Positions 19,704-30,384 of a stretch of 64,000 nt of DNA are shown here, in pieces. A program made the position numbers and the translations under genes. Positions within the stretch are counted from its first letter, which is position 1; each line of letters starts with the position of its first letter. The notes under the pieces were generated by a model. That model made no database searches. It was not told the DNA's origin and saw only the letters and a list, made by a program, of their open reading frames with translations. The DNA is taken from contig CAWABA010000001.1 in the NCBI GenBank assembly GCA_963780185.1, forward strand, positions 160,001 through 224,000, given 5' to 3'. The DNA is from Candidatus Bathyarchaeota archaeon. Its GTDB lineage: Archaea; Thermoproteota; Bathyarchaeia; Bathyarchaeales; Bathycorpusculaceae.

Positions 19704-22439
19704 ATGGCGCGTACACTCTTAGACTACTGGATCAGCGAACCAGCTAAACCTCTCCCTAAACAAGAGGCTAAAGTGCAAGCCGCGCCCCCGCCTGAAGCAT
19801 CCAGCATTCAGCAAGTCAAGAAGGAAAAGAAACCCCGCAGCTTCCCCCCAGTTGCACCCATGAATCTTCCAGCATCCTACTTTGTCTCCGCCAGCTACGA
19901 CGGACGCCTAAAGAAAGCAGTCATCAAGCTTTACGAGCCTGAGTCAGAGCAACTTTACTTTTGGTACGACAACACGGGACACAAACCCTACTGCCTAACC
20001 AACCTGACGCCGCATGAGCTGGCGAAAATCGACAGGCTGGTTAAGCATGAAGGTTTTGAACGCATGGAAGTTGTCGAAAGATTTGACCCTTTGCTCAACC
20101 AGAAAGTCACAGTCACGAAGGTTATCGCAGGCGACCCCTTAGCCATCGGGGGCAGACCTGAAGGCACAATACGCGACATTATCCCTCAGGATTATCCAAG
20201 GATTGCAGAGGAGGGCGTCGCCAAGGAAGACATCAAGGTCTGGGAGTCAAAAATAAAATATTATCAATCCTACATTTACGACCGCCAACTTCTTCCAGGC
20301 ATGATATACGAGGTCAAAGACGGCAACCTCGTAGCTAAAGAAATTGAAGAAGCCAACGAAAACCTCAACAAAATAAAATCCCTCTTCGTCGACTGCACCG
20401 AAGAAGAACGCAGCTACGCTGAAATCTGGGCAAAACTGCTCGAGTACCCAGCGCCAAAATTCCGCAGAGCAGCCATAGACATCGAAGTTTACTCGCTCCT
20501 GTCAACCCGAATGCCTGATTCGCGGGAAGCAGCCAGCCCAGTCATAGCCGTTTCAGTTTACGGCTCCGACGGCGAGAAAAAAGTGCTGGTTCTGCGACGC
20601 GAAGGCATGCGGGAAGGCAACAAGCATCTGGAAGCGGACATAACAGTGGATTACTGCGAAACCGAGGAAGAGTTGCTTCGCAAAACCTTCGATGTTCTGA
20701 ATGATTACCCCTTCATTTTAACTTTCAACGGCGACGACTTCGACCTCCGCTACCTCTGCCACCGAGCCATGAACCTTGGATTTCACCGAAGCGATGTTCC
20801 CATCGACATAGGCAAACGCGTATGCCTCCTCAAATACGGTGTCCACATCGACCTGTACAAGTTCTTCTTCAACCGCTCCGTGCAGATCTACGCCTACGGC
20901 AACCGCTACCGCGACGTAACCTTAGGCGACGTCGGCAACGCACTCATAGGCGTAGAAAAAATACATTTGGACAAAACCTTCGGGGAATTAACGTACTCTG
21001 AACTTGCCGACTACTGCCTGCGAGACTCAGAAATCACCTACAAACTAACCAGTTTCGAAAACGATTCAGCTATGAAACTGATTCTTGTCTTGGCACGGAT
21101 AGCCAGCATGCCCATGGAAGATGTAAGCCGCCAAGGCGTAAGCCGTTGGATACGCAACTTCATGCATAGGGAACATCGAAGAATGAACATGCTGATCCCA
21201 AATGCCGAGGATATTCTAACCAAGAAAGGCCAAACTTCGTCTACAGCCACGATAAAAGGGAAAAAATACAAAGGCGCCATAGTTGTCGAACCAACACCAG
21301 GCGTCCACTTTAACGTGGCGGTCATGGACTTTCCAAGCCTGTACCCCTCCATAATCAAGGTTTGGAACCTGGGCTACCAGTCAATTGATTGCCAACATAA
21401 CGACTGCAAACACCGCATGATACCTGACACTCCCCATTGGGTTTGCAGCGAGAAGCGGGCTCTGGAAAGCCTGCTCATCGGGTCACTGCGCGATTTGCGT
21501 GTGAAGTGGTATAAGCAGCGTTCAAAAGACAAATCCCTGCCGCCCGAGCTCAGAAGCTGGTACAACATCACTCAAGGCGCGCTAAAAGTCATCTTAAACG
21601 CCAGCTACGGCGTCTTCGGAGCCGAAAGCTTTGACCTCTACTGCCCGCCTGTAGCAGAAGCCACAGCAGCCATAGGCAGATACTCCATCACCCAAATACT
21701 CAAACACGCCGAATCTGTAGGCATCAAGGTTCTCTACGGCGACACAGACAGTCTCTTCCTCAAAAACCCGACTAAAGAACAGATTGAAGATGTTGTCAGC
21801 TTCACAGAACATGAACTGCACATGGGCATAGACGTTGACAAAGTCTACCGATACGCCGTCTTCAGCGAACGCAAGAAAAATTATCTGGGGGTCTTGGAGG
21901 ACGGCACAGTTGATGTCAAAGGCTTAACAGGCAAGAAAAAACACATCCCCATCTTCATCAAAGACGCATTCAACAAAATGAAGGAAAAACTTGCAAAAGT
22001 CAAAAACCCCGAGGACTTCGAAAAAGCCAAAAAAGAAATAGCGGAAATAATCCGTGAGCGTTACCAACGTCTTAAACGAAGAGAATGGGCTGACATGAAT
22101 GAACTTGCATTCCACATGGTTTTGGGTGATGAACTGTCTAGTTATACGAAAACTACCCCCCAGCACGTTAAAGCCGCGCGGATCCTGCAGAAAAGCGGCA
22201 AGGAAATAAGGGCAGGCGACCAGATTAGTTTTGTTAAGGTGCTTAAGTCGTCTTCACGCGGCTCCTTAGATGATGTCAACTCTGGCGTAAAACCAGTGGA
22301 GTTAACTTCCAAGAACGAGGTAGATGTTGACAAGTACATTGCCTATCTGCAGTCTACCTTTGACCAGGTTCTTGACGCGTTGGGCTTAAGTTTTGATGAA
22401 ATCATCGGGTTAACGAAGCTTGAAAGCTTCCTTGCCTAA
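19704..22439 (+). CDS. polB: Family B DNA polymerase (PolB1-type)
   Basis: ExoI DIE, ExoII FNGDDFD, DFPSLYPS, K..LNASYG, YGDTDS, KKNY. Confidence 0.97.
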   Translation: MARTLLDYWISEPAKPLPKQEAKVQAAPPPEASSIQQVKKEKKPRSFPPVAPMNLPASYFVSASYDGRLKKAVIKLYEPESEQLYFWYDNTGHKPYCLTNLTPHELAKIDRLVKHEGFERMEVVERFDPLLNQKVTVTKVIAGDPLAIGGRPEGTIRDIIPQDYPRIAEEGVAKEDIKVWESKIKYYQSYIYDRQLLPGMIYEVKDGNLVAKEIEEANENLNKIKSLFVDCTEEERSYAEIWAKLLEYPAPKFRRAAIDIEVYSLLSTRMPDSREAASPVIAVSVYGSDGEKKVLVLRREGMREGNKHLEADITVDYCETEEELLRKTFDVLNDYPFILTFNGDDFDLRYLCHRAMNLGFHRSDVPIDIGKRVCLLKYGVHIDLYKFFFNRSVQIYAYGNRYRDVTLGDVGNALIGVEKIHLDKTFGELTYSELADYCLRDSEITYKLTSFENDSAMKLILVLARIASMPMEDVSRQGVSRWIRNFMHREHRRMNMLIPNAEDILTKKGQTSSTATIKGKKYKGAIVVEPTPGVHFNVAVMDFPSLYPSIIKVWNLGYQSIDCQHNDCKHRMIPDTPHWVCSEKRALESLLIGSLRDLRVKWYKQRSKDKSLPPELRSWYNITQGALKVILNASYGVFGAESFDLYCPPVAEATAAIGRYSITQILKHAESVGIKVLYGDTDSLFLKNPTKEQIEDVVSFTEHELHMGIDVDKVYRYAVFSERKKNYLGVLEDGTVDVKGLTGKKKHIPIFIKDAFNKMKEKLAKVKNPEDFEKAKKEIAEIIRERYQRLKRREWADMNELAFHMVLGDELSSYTKTTPQHVKAARILQKSGKEIRAGDQISFVKVLKSSSRGSLDDVNSGVKPVELTSKNEVDVDKYIAYLQSTFDQVLDALGLSFDEIIGLTKLESFLA

Positions 22440-23312
22440 TCAATACAGTTGGCTTGCGACGGCTAGCACGGTGAAAACTGCGACGATTACGGCTATTATT
22501 ATGACGACTTTTTTCTCAGACATGGGACGATGATAAGTTATCAGCGTGATTAGGCTTCTTCTGTGTTCAGAGCAAAGTTTGGTTCCGTCGAAGGTAACTT
22601 TGGCTTTTTGCCGCGTGAAGAAAATCGAGAGCAGTATTAGTGTTGAATTGAAGATGTAAGGCAGCATCGAGATGAGTAAGCTTAGTTTTAGGTCTGAGAT
22701 TACGGCGAACGAAGCTATGGTCATTCCTATAGCGAAAGAGCCCGAGTTTCCCACGAAGATTTTTCCTCGAAAATTAAAGTATGCGAGCACCAGCCAGAAC
22801 AGTAAGGGTCCAACCATGAGGATGTAGGAGGACGAGAGAGCCATCAACCCGACTATGACTATGGCTGGGCATATTGTTTCTAAACCGTTTAACCCGCCAA
22901 GCATGTTCACGGCGTTGGTGACTATCATCACGATGACTGGAATGATAATGTAGAAGTAAACTGCGCCCAAATGAAATGAAGCAATGTACGGCAGTAACAG
23001 GGTTGTTCTCGCGCCTATCGCTTGAGCGTAGTATATGAGAGGTAGCGCGGCGATTAACGGCATGAATGCTTTGTAACGCCATTTGAGGTCAATCCAGTCG
23101 TCAAGCAGCCCCATGAAGCCGCCGAAAAGGATGCATGACGCCAAAATCAAGGGCGCTGATATGGGCGCTGAAACGCCTGCGGGGGTCTTTATTGCTCCTG
23201 AGAAGTAGAGAAGAAAAAGGTATACGGTGGCGAATAGGACGTAAAATACGCCAAAGCCGTTTGCTACAAGGGGGTGTCCGGGTTTGTGTTGGTCGGGGAC
23301 CTTTGGGAACAC
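22440..23312 (-). CDS. aglH: UDP-GlcNAc:dolichyl-phosphate GlcNAc-1-P transferase (AglH/Alg7/MraY family)
   Basis: DQHKPG, GLLDD, NAVNMLGGLNGLE, FVGNSG. Confidence 0.8.
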   Translation of the reverse strand: MFPKVPDQHKPGHPLVANGFGVFYVLFATVYLFLLYFSGAIKTPAGVSAPISAPLILASCILFGGFMGLLDDWIDLKWRYKAFMPLIAALPLIYYAQAIGARTTLLLPYIASFHLGAVYFYIIIPVIVMIVTNAVNMLGGLNGLETICPAIVIVGLMALSSSYILMVGPLLFWLVLAYFNFRGKIFVGNSGSFAIGMTIASFAVISDLKLSLLISMLPYIFNSTLILLSIFFTRQKAKVTFDGTKLCSEHRRSLITLITYHRPMSEKKVVIIIAVIVAVFTVLAVASQLY

Positions 23313-23340
23313 AGCGCCGCTTCCTTGTTGGTAGGCTTAT

Positions 23341-25671
23341 TTAGCCTACTTTTGTGACGCCTGTGCCGGTTTGTCCTGTTGCTGCGTAGTATGCACCGTA
23401 GTTTACTTGGTAGATTGCGACTAATGGCACTAATCCGCCGTATTGGAATGGTGAGGTGCTTAAGCCTGCGATTTCTACTGGTACGAAGTAACTTGGCGTT
23501 GTTGCTTTCCAACTTGTTGAGACGCTAAATCCAGCTTGAGTTAAAGCTCAGACGTACTGTGACGCGGCACCGTACATTAGCTCGTTTATGGTGCAGTTGT
23601 CTCCCTGCTGGTTCCATTGCCATGATCCGCTTGAGCTGTAGTTGCCGAAAGATGTTTCATCTTTCCACTGTGTTAATCCGTTTTTTGTGCCCATGTAGCC
23701 ATCGTTTATGTACATTTGCTCGTAGGTTCCTGAGATCCTTGCCATCCACACGAATTTGCCTTCGTCTCCGTAGCCTGCGGGGGAAGCTACGTAGGTTGTG
23801 CTGCCGCCGTTTGACTGCTGAATCGCCAGCACCATGAATACGACGACGTAGTTTACGCGTCCGGGGTTATCGTAGTTTTCGTAGTGGTTAAGCATCATCA
23901 ATGATTGGTTTTCGTTGCCCATCATCGTGAGGCCTACGTTGGCGATTTGTGTGGCGTTGTACGTGGTGTTATCGCAAAGCGTAGTAACGTTCCCAACATC
24001 ACTTAGCCAGTCGCCGTAATCCCACCAAGAGACTACAACACTATTTGCAGGCGCATTACCCTTAAACCAACTCAACGCTTGACTCCAAGCTCCTACAGCC
24101 TGCGTTAGACTTGTGCCGCCTATCGGGAGGCTTGATGCGCTAAGAGCTGTCGGAACGAAAGACTGACTGATGGATCTTGGGACTCCTCCTGTGGTTTGCG
24201 GTGAGAACGCAACTTCGGTTACGAGGATTATGAATATGAGGAAGATTGCGACTCCGCTGTATTCTTTGCTGACGCGTGCAAGTTTTCGCTTTGTCTTTGC
24301 AAGGCTTCGAGGCGACTCCTTAAGCAGGGTATAGAATGGTTTAAGTATGCTTAAGATGCCGACTGCGGCTATGATGGCGAAGGCTGGAGCAAATATTGCG
24401 AGCAGACGAATCATTGATGATGCGAAGAAAAGTGCTGTTACCGCGAAGATTATGAAGAAGACGTTTTTGGTCGTGGGGTTCCGCAGAATGAAGTACAATC
24501 CGATGAGGAAGAATAGTATGCCGACGCCTAATTCAAGGTAAACGTTTCCCCATGCAGTAATTTGCTGTTCCGCTACTGAGTTAATGATGGGTGAAGACGC
24601 CCTGATGAAGGGGTTCAGAACCGTTTCGAATTTCCCTGTGATTCCGCTGCCGTTGATTAGCCCAGTTACAGATAACCCGGCGAAGCCTCCAACTATTACG
24701 ACTAAAGCGCCGATTGCAACGGTTAGTTTGGTTCTCAGGGTTATGTTGTAATGCAGAAGTTCTGCTATGAGCAGCACTATGAATCCGGCGGCGACGGGGA
24801 GAACTGCTCCTGAACTCAGGTAGCCCAGCCCCATATACGGCACCTTGGTTGCAATCATCAACGCTAACCCGAAGGTTATGCTGTAGCTGACGAGCAGCCG
24901 TTGGCTGTAGCGTCTGAGCAGAAGCATAACGAACGTGAACAAGACTGTGGCGTCAATCATGTAGTATGCGCCTCCCCAACCTGCAATGAAGTAGGCTAAG
25001 GTTGCGGCTGCACCTATCGAGTACATGATGGATGCGCGCAGGGATTTGTTGTTGTCAATTGACCGAAGGAACAGGAAGACGAACAGAATCAAACCGATTG
25101 TGCCTGGAACCTGCGTGTCGAAAAATCCAAGCGAAGTTCTCTCGATAATTGAGGGTTCCAAAGCGATGAAAAGTGCAGAAAACAAGCCTACTGCTCTTCC
25201 GCCTATGTCTTTGCCAAGCAAATACATTACGTAGACTGAAGCTACGCCGATTACGGGAGGAATTAACGCGCACAGCGTCATCATGTTAACGTTTGCGCCC
25301 AAAGCATGGATAACATCGTAGACTACTGCTCCCGTTATGGGTATCGAAGGCAGAGCTGTTGCCATGTTAAGTCCGAAGGGATACCACAGTTGAGTGTTTA
25401 CCCAGTGTGAAGGCCAATAAGGTGAAAGTAAACCGTGGTTAACCATGAACTGTGTCACGGTGAACTGGTAGTAGGGGTCAAACTCGTTGAGTGTTGTCGT
25501 TCCCGCTGAAAGGTTCTCCCAGCGCAACGGCATAATTCGGATGATAAACGAAACAAACAATATTAGCGCTAGCGCAGAATAGGCAATTATCGTGCCGTGA
25601 CTTACTTCAATACGTAGTTTTCCAAAAGGTGCTAGCCTTTTACTAAGCCGGTCTTTAATTCCTTCCCCCAC
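23341..25671 (-). CDS. aglB: Oligosaccharyltransferase AglB/STT3; in-frame TGA at 23548-23550 followed by 68 more codons
   Basis: EFDPY, SVAE and WWDYG motifs with multi-TM N-terminus; same frame continues ALTQAG...GGLVPLVAIYQVNY...VG* to 23341. Confidence 0.92.
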
Positions 25672-25976
25672 TTTAAGCCATCCTTGTCAATGCGATTAAT
25701 TCTTCGTTTGTTAATTCTTTACTTATACACATTGAGCGTTTATTTATGGCTTTCCAAAATGTACCCGCATGGGTCAGCGAACCCTGCGGCTTATAGGAAT
25801 CTGTAATTTAAACAAATGAGTAGGTTTTACTCAGGTTTCCTAACCATTCCAAGGCAAGCTGTCTCTAAAAGAGGCGGAAAATTTGCGGTGACAACTAAAG
25901 AGCAACTGGCGGTAACCGTTTTTTCGCCTGGTAGAAACCCTGTTTTACGCAGGCTTGGCAGCCTGAATTTTGGTTG

Positions 25977-26147
25977 TCAGCGTCTGGGTATGGGTTTAAC
26001 TTCGACATCAATTGGTAACAGTGAAAGTTTCCGACTGCACTTCGGGCATTTTCCGCCGTATTGAGAAATAATCTCGTCAGGCGGTTTCAGTTCAAACCCT
26101 TCATACAAAACTTGATTGCAACCATGGCAAATAACACGTTGCGGCAT
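25977..26147 (-). CDS. Small zinc-ribbon protein, 56 aa (not in ORF track)
   Basis: MPQRVICHGCNQVLYEGFELKPPDEIISQYGGKCPKCSRKLSLLPIDVEVKPIPRR*: two CxxC pairs. Confidence 0.8.
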   Translation of the reverse strand: MPQRVICHGCNQVLYEGFELKPPDEIISQYGGKCPKCSRKLSLLPIDVEVKPIPRR

Positions 26148-26291
26148 CCAATTCCCCAGTTAATACACAGGTATGGATTATTTATTGGTTGCTTAATGGA
26201 AAGGCTGGTTGGGGCTTTGATGTTTGGACTGCAAACCTTTATTTCAAGAACGGCTATTTTTGTGACGCAGCAGTCTGTGGGTTAATCTGTC

Positions 26292-28370
26292 TTGGGAAAG
26301 TACACGTTGATTATTACTGAGAAGCCTGATGCCGCCAACAGGATAGCCGCGGCTTTGGATGTTGATGGAAAAGGGGAAAAAAACGTTGACTGCGGCGTTC
26401 CATACTATCGGGCTTATTGTGGCGGCGATTTGGTTGTTGTTCCTGCTCTGGGGCATTTGTACACGGTGGCGGGCAAGAAGAAGCCTCACCGTGATTTTCC
26501 TGTTTTCGACTATGAATGGGTCCCGAGGTACCTTGCCGAAAAGGGAGCGTCAAGAATTCGTGTTTGGCTGAAGGTTATTTCCAAGTTGGCGGAGAACGCT
26601 GAAGGGTTTGTTGACGCTTGTGACTTTGACATTGAAGGCAGCATCATAGGTTACTGCATACTCAAGTATGCCTGCGGCGGCAAAGAGCAAACTGCAAAAC
26701 GCATGAAGTACTCCACGCTTACGCGGGAAGAGCTGCAGGAATCCTACGGTCACCTTTTGCCGCATTTGGATTTCGCTCTGGTTCAGGCGGGTTTGGCGCG
26801 GCATGAAGTGGATTGGCTTTACGGCATTAATCTTTCAAGAGCCTTAACGTCAGCTGTGAAAAAAACCAGTGGGCAATACGCTGTTCTGAGCACTGGAAGA
26901 GTGCAGGGGCCGACGCTGAAGTTTGTTGAAGAACGGGAGAAAACCATTGGCTGCTTTGTACCCACGCCATACTGGACCCTGACCGCGAAAATAATGATTG
27001 GCGAATTTGCATGCGAAGCTGAGTACGAAAAAGTTCTTGAGAGCAAGCAGGAAGCGGTGCGGATTGCTGCGGAATGCAAAGCTGGGAAGGGCGAAGTGGA
27101 ATCGGTTGCAGTGGACGAGTTTGCTGTAAACCCGCCTTTTCCTTTTGACTTAGGCGCGCTGCAGAGTGAAGCTTACCGCGTTTTCCGCTACACGCCGATG
27201 CGCACTTCAAGTATTGCTCAAACCCTGTATTTAGACGCGTTAATCTCTTACCCCCGGACAAGCAGTCAAAAGCTTCCGCCAACAATAGGCTACAAAACCA
27301 TAATCGGCAAACTGGCTAAAATGCCGCTTTACACCAAACACGCCTCCGAGTTGCTTTCCAAACCCTCTTTGAAGCCGACTGAAGGTCCAAGGTTCGATTC
27401 TGCGCATCCAGCCATCTACCCAACTGGAAACTTTCTTGAAAAACCTCTCGGGGCACCTGAAAGAAACGTTTTCGACCTTATCATACGCAGGTTTATGGCT
27501 GCTTTCGGTGAACCAGCGATTCGGCAAAGTGTAAAGGTTACCGTTGGCGTTAACGGGAACAAGTTTCATTTGAGCGGTGTGCGTACGCTGAAGGCTGGTT
27601 GGATTCGACTCTACGAGCCCTATGCGCAACTAAAAGAGGTGGTTTTGCCGCCGCTGAGTCAGGGACAAACAGTAGCAATCAAACGGGTGACTCAAAAGAA
27701 CGAATTTACTAAACCGCCACCTCGGTATAATCCCCGCAGTTTGCTCTTGAAAATGGAGAAAGAAAACATCGGCACCAAAGCCACACGCGCAGCAACTATT
27801 CAAACGCTGCAGGACCGCAAATACGTGTGCGGAACAGGCAACTTTGCCGTTTCGGAGCTTGGTTTCGAAGTCGCCGAGGTGCTGTCAAGCTATTGCCCAA
27901 CGATTGTTTCGCCCGAGTTAACCAGAAGCCTAGAACAGGAAATGGACGACATTCAGGAGGGCAAAGAAACCAAAGAAGCCGTGCTGGAAAATGCAAAGTC
28001 CATTCTAAAGCCCGTTATGTTTGAGCTTAAAGCAAAAGAGTCTGAGATTGGTCAACGGCTAAGTGGAACAATAAAGACGTCTCGGCTTGCAGAAAGAACC
28101 GTTGGAGCCTGCCCAAAATGCGCTGACGGGAAACTCGTCATTTTGCGTTCCCAAAAAACAGGTAAACGTTTCGTCGGCTGCACCAACTACTTCCAAAAAG
28201 GCAAATGCAACGTCACCTATCCGCTGCCTCAGAGAGGCGCAATAAAGCCTCTTAGCAGCACCTGCAAAAGCTGCGGGTCGCCGATGATAAATGTGTGGCT
28301 AAGGGGAAGGAGTTCTTGGAAGCTGTGCTTAAACCCCATCTGCCCAACGAAAGGAGAGGCTAAACCGTGA
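26292..28370 (+). CDS. topA: Type IA DNA topoisomerase with C-terminal Zn ribbons
   Basis: IITEKP, DFDIEG toprim, STGRVQ, ISYPRT catalytic Tyr, AHPAIYPT, IGTKATR. Confidence 0.95.
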   Translation: MGKYTLIITEKPDAANRIAAALDVDGKGEKNVDCGVPYYRAYCGGDLVVVPALGHLYTVAGKKKPHRDFPVFDYEWVPRYLAEKGASRIRVWLKVISKLAENAEGFVDACDFDIEGSIIGYCILKYACGGKEQTAKRMKYSTLTREELQESYGHLLPHLDFALVQAGLARHEVDWLYGINLSRALTSAVKKTSGQYAVLSTGRVQGPTLKFVEEREKTIGCFVPTPYWTLTAKIMIGEFACEAEYEKVLESKQEAVRIAAECKAGKGEVESVAVDEFAVNPPFPFDLGALQSEAYRVFRYTPMRTSSIAQTLYLDALISYPRTSSQKLPPTIGYKTIIGKLAKMPLYTKHASELLSKPSLKPTEGPRFDSAHPAIYPTGNFLEKPLGAPERNVFDLIIRRFMAAFGEPAIRQSVKVTVGVNGNKFHLSGVRTLKAGWIRLYEPYAQLKEVVLPPLSQGQTVAIKRVTQKNEFTKPPPRYNPRSLLLKMEKENIGTKATRAATIQTLQDRKYVCGTGNFAVSELGFEVAEVLSSYCPTIVSPELTRSLEQEMDDIQEGKETKEAVLENAKSILKPVMFELKAKESEIGQRLSGTIKTSRLAERTVGACPKCADGKLVILRSQKTGKRFVGCTNYFQKGKCNVTYPLPQRGAIKPLSSTCKSCGSPMINVWLRGRSSWKLCLNPICPTKGEAKP

Positions 28371-28591
28371 AATGCAGGATTTGCAGCAGGGATGCGGAAG
28401 AGGATGGTTTTTGCGTGTTGCATTTGAAGGCTTATCGGAACGTTTTGGAGAAATTTGATGTTTGGCGTAAAGCGTCAGGGCTTGTTTGGATGGAGTATCT
28501 GGGGCAGATTCAGAAAAATTCATTAACTGGATGCTGGGCTAAAGAGGTGGTAGAGCAATTAATTAAGGATGAGAATGGCAATGTCAAATAA
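28367..28591 (+). CDS. Small Zn-binding protein (CxxC..CxxH)
   Basis: MKCRICSR...FCVLH; GTGA overlap with topA. Confidence 0.7.
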   Translation: MKCRICSRDAEEDGFCVLHLKAYRNVLEKFDVWRKASGLVWMEYLGQIQKNSLTGCWAKEVVEQLIKDENGNVK

Positions 28592-29003
28592 ACTAAAGAA
28601 GCGGTCATCAGACGTATCCTTTTCGCTGAGTCGCTGGTTCCAAAGAATCTCAACAACAACTCCGTCGGCGCTAATCTTAACCATCATAGGGGTCGGTTAC
28701 GCAATTTTCCTTTTCGGCGGCGGCTTATACACTCTTACTCAACACCCCGCTCCAGCCTATGTAAGCAGCACGGTAATCTATTTCCTGTACCCGGGCGTCA
28801 GCCAACAATTCATTTCTGACACTATCGTTTCATGTATACTGTACGCTTTCGGCTTCGTCGGTCTCTTCGCAATTTACCAAAGCACCAAAAGCGCCTACAA
28901 GCCAAGGCAAGCCTACATGCTGCTAATCGTAGGCGTAACATTCTTGGCTCTGTCATACATATTCCTCGAAGGCGCAATTCGCTTCAAAATCAACGGAGCT
29001 TAA
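28569..29003 (+). CDS. 3-TM protein resembling OSTC/DC2 (OST3/OST6 family) oligosaccharyltransferase subunit
   Basis: GGGLY....P, F.Y.....QF..D.....LY..G..G and C-terminal R.K..G, similar to the eukaryotic DC2 sequence as recalled. Confidence 0.65.
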   Translation: MRMAMSNKLKKRSSDVSFSLSRWFQRISTTTPSALILTIIGVGYAIFLFGGGLYTLTQHPAPAYVSSTVIYFLYPGVSQQFISDTIVSCILYAFGFVGLFAIYQSTKSAYKPRQAYMLLIVGVTFLALSYIFLEGAIRFKINGA

Positions 29004-29100
29004 TCTCCCTCTCAATCTTTTCATTGAGAATTTTTCGCTTCAAAAATTGCTTCTGAAAAGACTGGATTTTTCCCTGTGAACCCGTGTGGTTAAGGTTTCT

Positions 29101-29610
29101 TTACCAAGGGTTCTTTTTCAGCTTCAGCTTGTAGGCTAAGAAATTCGTGAACAGATGAATAGGCGGGGTGATGAGCAGAACTGTAACAGCCAGTTGCCAG
29201 CTTACGATGGCTAAGGGAATCGAAAACACGATTGCCCCTACAACGAAGTCGATTTGGTCAACAATCGGCAGCAAACCGCCAGGTGCAATTCCTACCCGTC
29301 TTTTGATGAAAGCGCCTGTTAAGTCTCCCAAGAGGGCTCCTAACGGAATTAGGATGGCGAATGAAATTGGGAAATGGAAAGCCACAACTTCCATGGCGCC
29401 GACCAGTATGCCGATGGCGAGGCCGAAGAAGAAGCCTCTGAAGGTTTTGTTGTTGCCGAAAACTCGTTTGCCGTCGTAGAAGTTTTTGCCGAAATCCATC
29501 TTTGTTCCGCCGCCTGCAAGCACTGGGGTGGCGTTTGCGCAGTAGGCTGGGAAAATAAATTTCAATGCATCAACGACTAGCAAGGCTATGCTCATGTGGT
29601 CAACCGTCAA
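29101..29610 (-). CDS. carS: CDP-archaeol synthase (DUF46)
   Basis: PAYCANATP, DGKRVFGNNKTFRG, GDLTGAFIKRR, DQIDF, KKNPW. Confidence 0.92.
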   Translation of the reverse strand: MTVDHMSIALLVVDALKFIFPAYCANATPVLAGGGTKMDFGKNFYDGKRVFGNNKTFRGFFFGLAIGILVGAMEVVAFHFPISFAILIPLGALLGDLTGAFIKRRVGIAPGGLLPIVDQIDFVVGAIVFSIPLAIVSWQLAVTVLLITPPIHLFTNFLAYKLKLKKNPW

Positions 29611-29612
29611 TA

Positions 29613-30320
29613 TTATCGGAATTCAGTATCTTGTATTCCAGACTCAAGTATTTGTACATAGCAGCTGGTTTCTTGGGAGATTGCGGGTGATTTTTCAACT
29701 AAGGCTTTCAGGGTTTGGGGGTACTCGGTGGGTTTGAGGAAGATTATGGTGTCTGCCCAGAATTTTAGAACCCTGTTGGCGACTGGTCTTACGCTGACGT
29801 TTTCGTTGTCAAGAATGCTTCGAACCTGACTTGTCACGACTACGGGGATTTTTCGGATTTTTGTCGTCTGCGCCAAAATCGCCAGTTGCCTGTTTAACTC
29901 GCGGTTTACGCTGAAGGCTTTGCCTGAACGCTCAGCAACTTCTGCACCGTACAGCGAGGTTAGGGTGTCAATTATTATTAATCCAAAATTTTTCTCCGTG
30001 TAGTCTTGAATGTGGTCAACGACGGCTGTTTGCTCATGGAAATCTTTGGGTTTAATCAAAATGACTTGTTCAGCAACTTGGTCAAATCGGTTTTTTGCGA
30101 TCTGCGACATTCTTTTGGTTGAGAAGGTGTTGTCGCAGTCGATGTAGAGGGTTTTGAGGTTTTGCAGGGCGCAGTTGACGGCGCATTGAATGGCGAGGGT
30201 TGTCTTTCCAGTTTCGGGTTCACCATAGATTAAAACTACGTTTTCAGGCAGGATTCCTCCGCCGATGTTGCTGTCGATGCATTTGCAGCCCGTGCTTATG
30301 GTAGCCATTTCTATACCCAA
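29613..30320 (-). CDS. radB: RadB-like RecA-family protein
   Basis: ISTGC..ID..IGGG, GEPETGKT, IIIDT; lacks the RadA N-terminal domain. Confidence 0.8.
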   Translation of the reverse strand: MGIEMATISTGCKCIDSNIGGGILPENVVLIYGEPETGKTTLAIQCAVNCALQNLKTLYIDCDNTFSTKRMSQIAKNRFDQVAEQVILIKPKDFHEQTAVVDHIQDYTEKNFGLIIIDTLTSLYGAEVAERSGKAFSVNRELNRQLAILAQTTKIRKIPVVVTSQVRSILDNENVSVRPVANRVLKFWADTIIFLKPTEYPQTLKALVEKSPAISQETSCYVQILESGIQDTEFR

Positions 30321-30384
30321 GTTTTATTAAACTAAAAACTAGTATTGTTTTTTGCACTTAAACGTATACTATCAGGTTGATTAG

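Noticed and set aside
23264-23512. 82-aa Arg-rich ORF
   Set aside because: Alternative frame of the aglB C-terminal extension
25816-26285. Plus-strand ORFs 25816..26064 and 26061..26285
   Set aside because: No motifs; they overlap a convincing minus-strand Zn-ribbon gene
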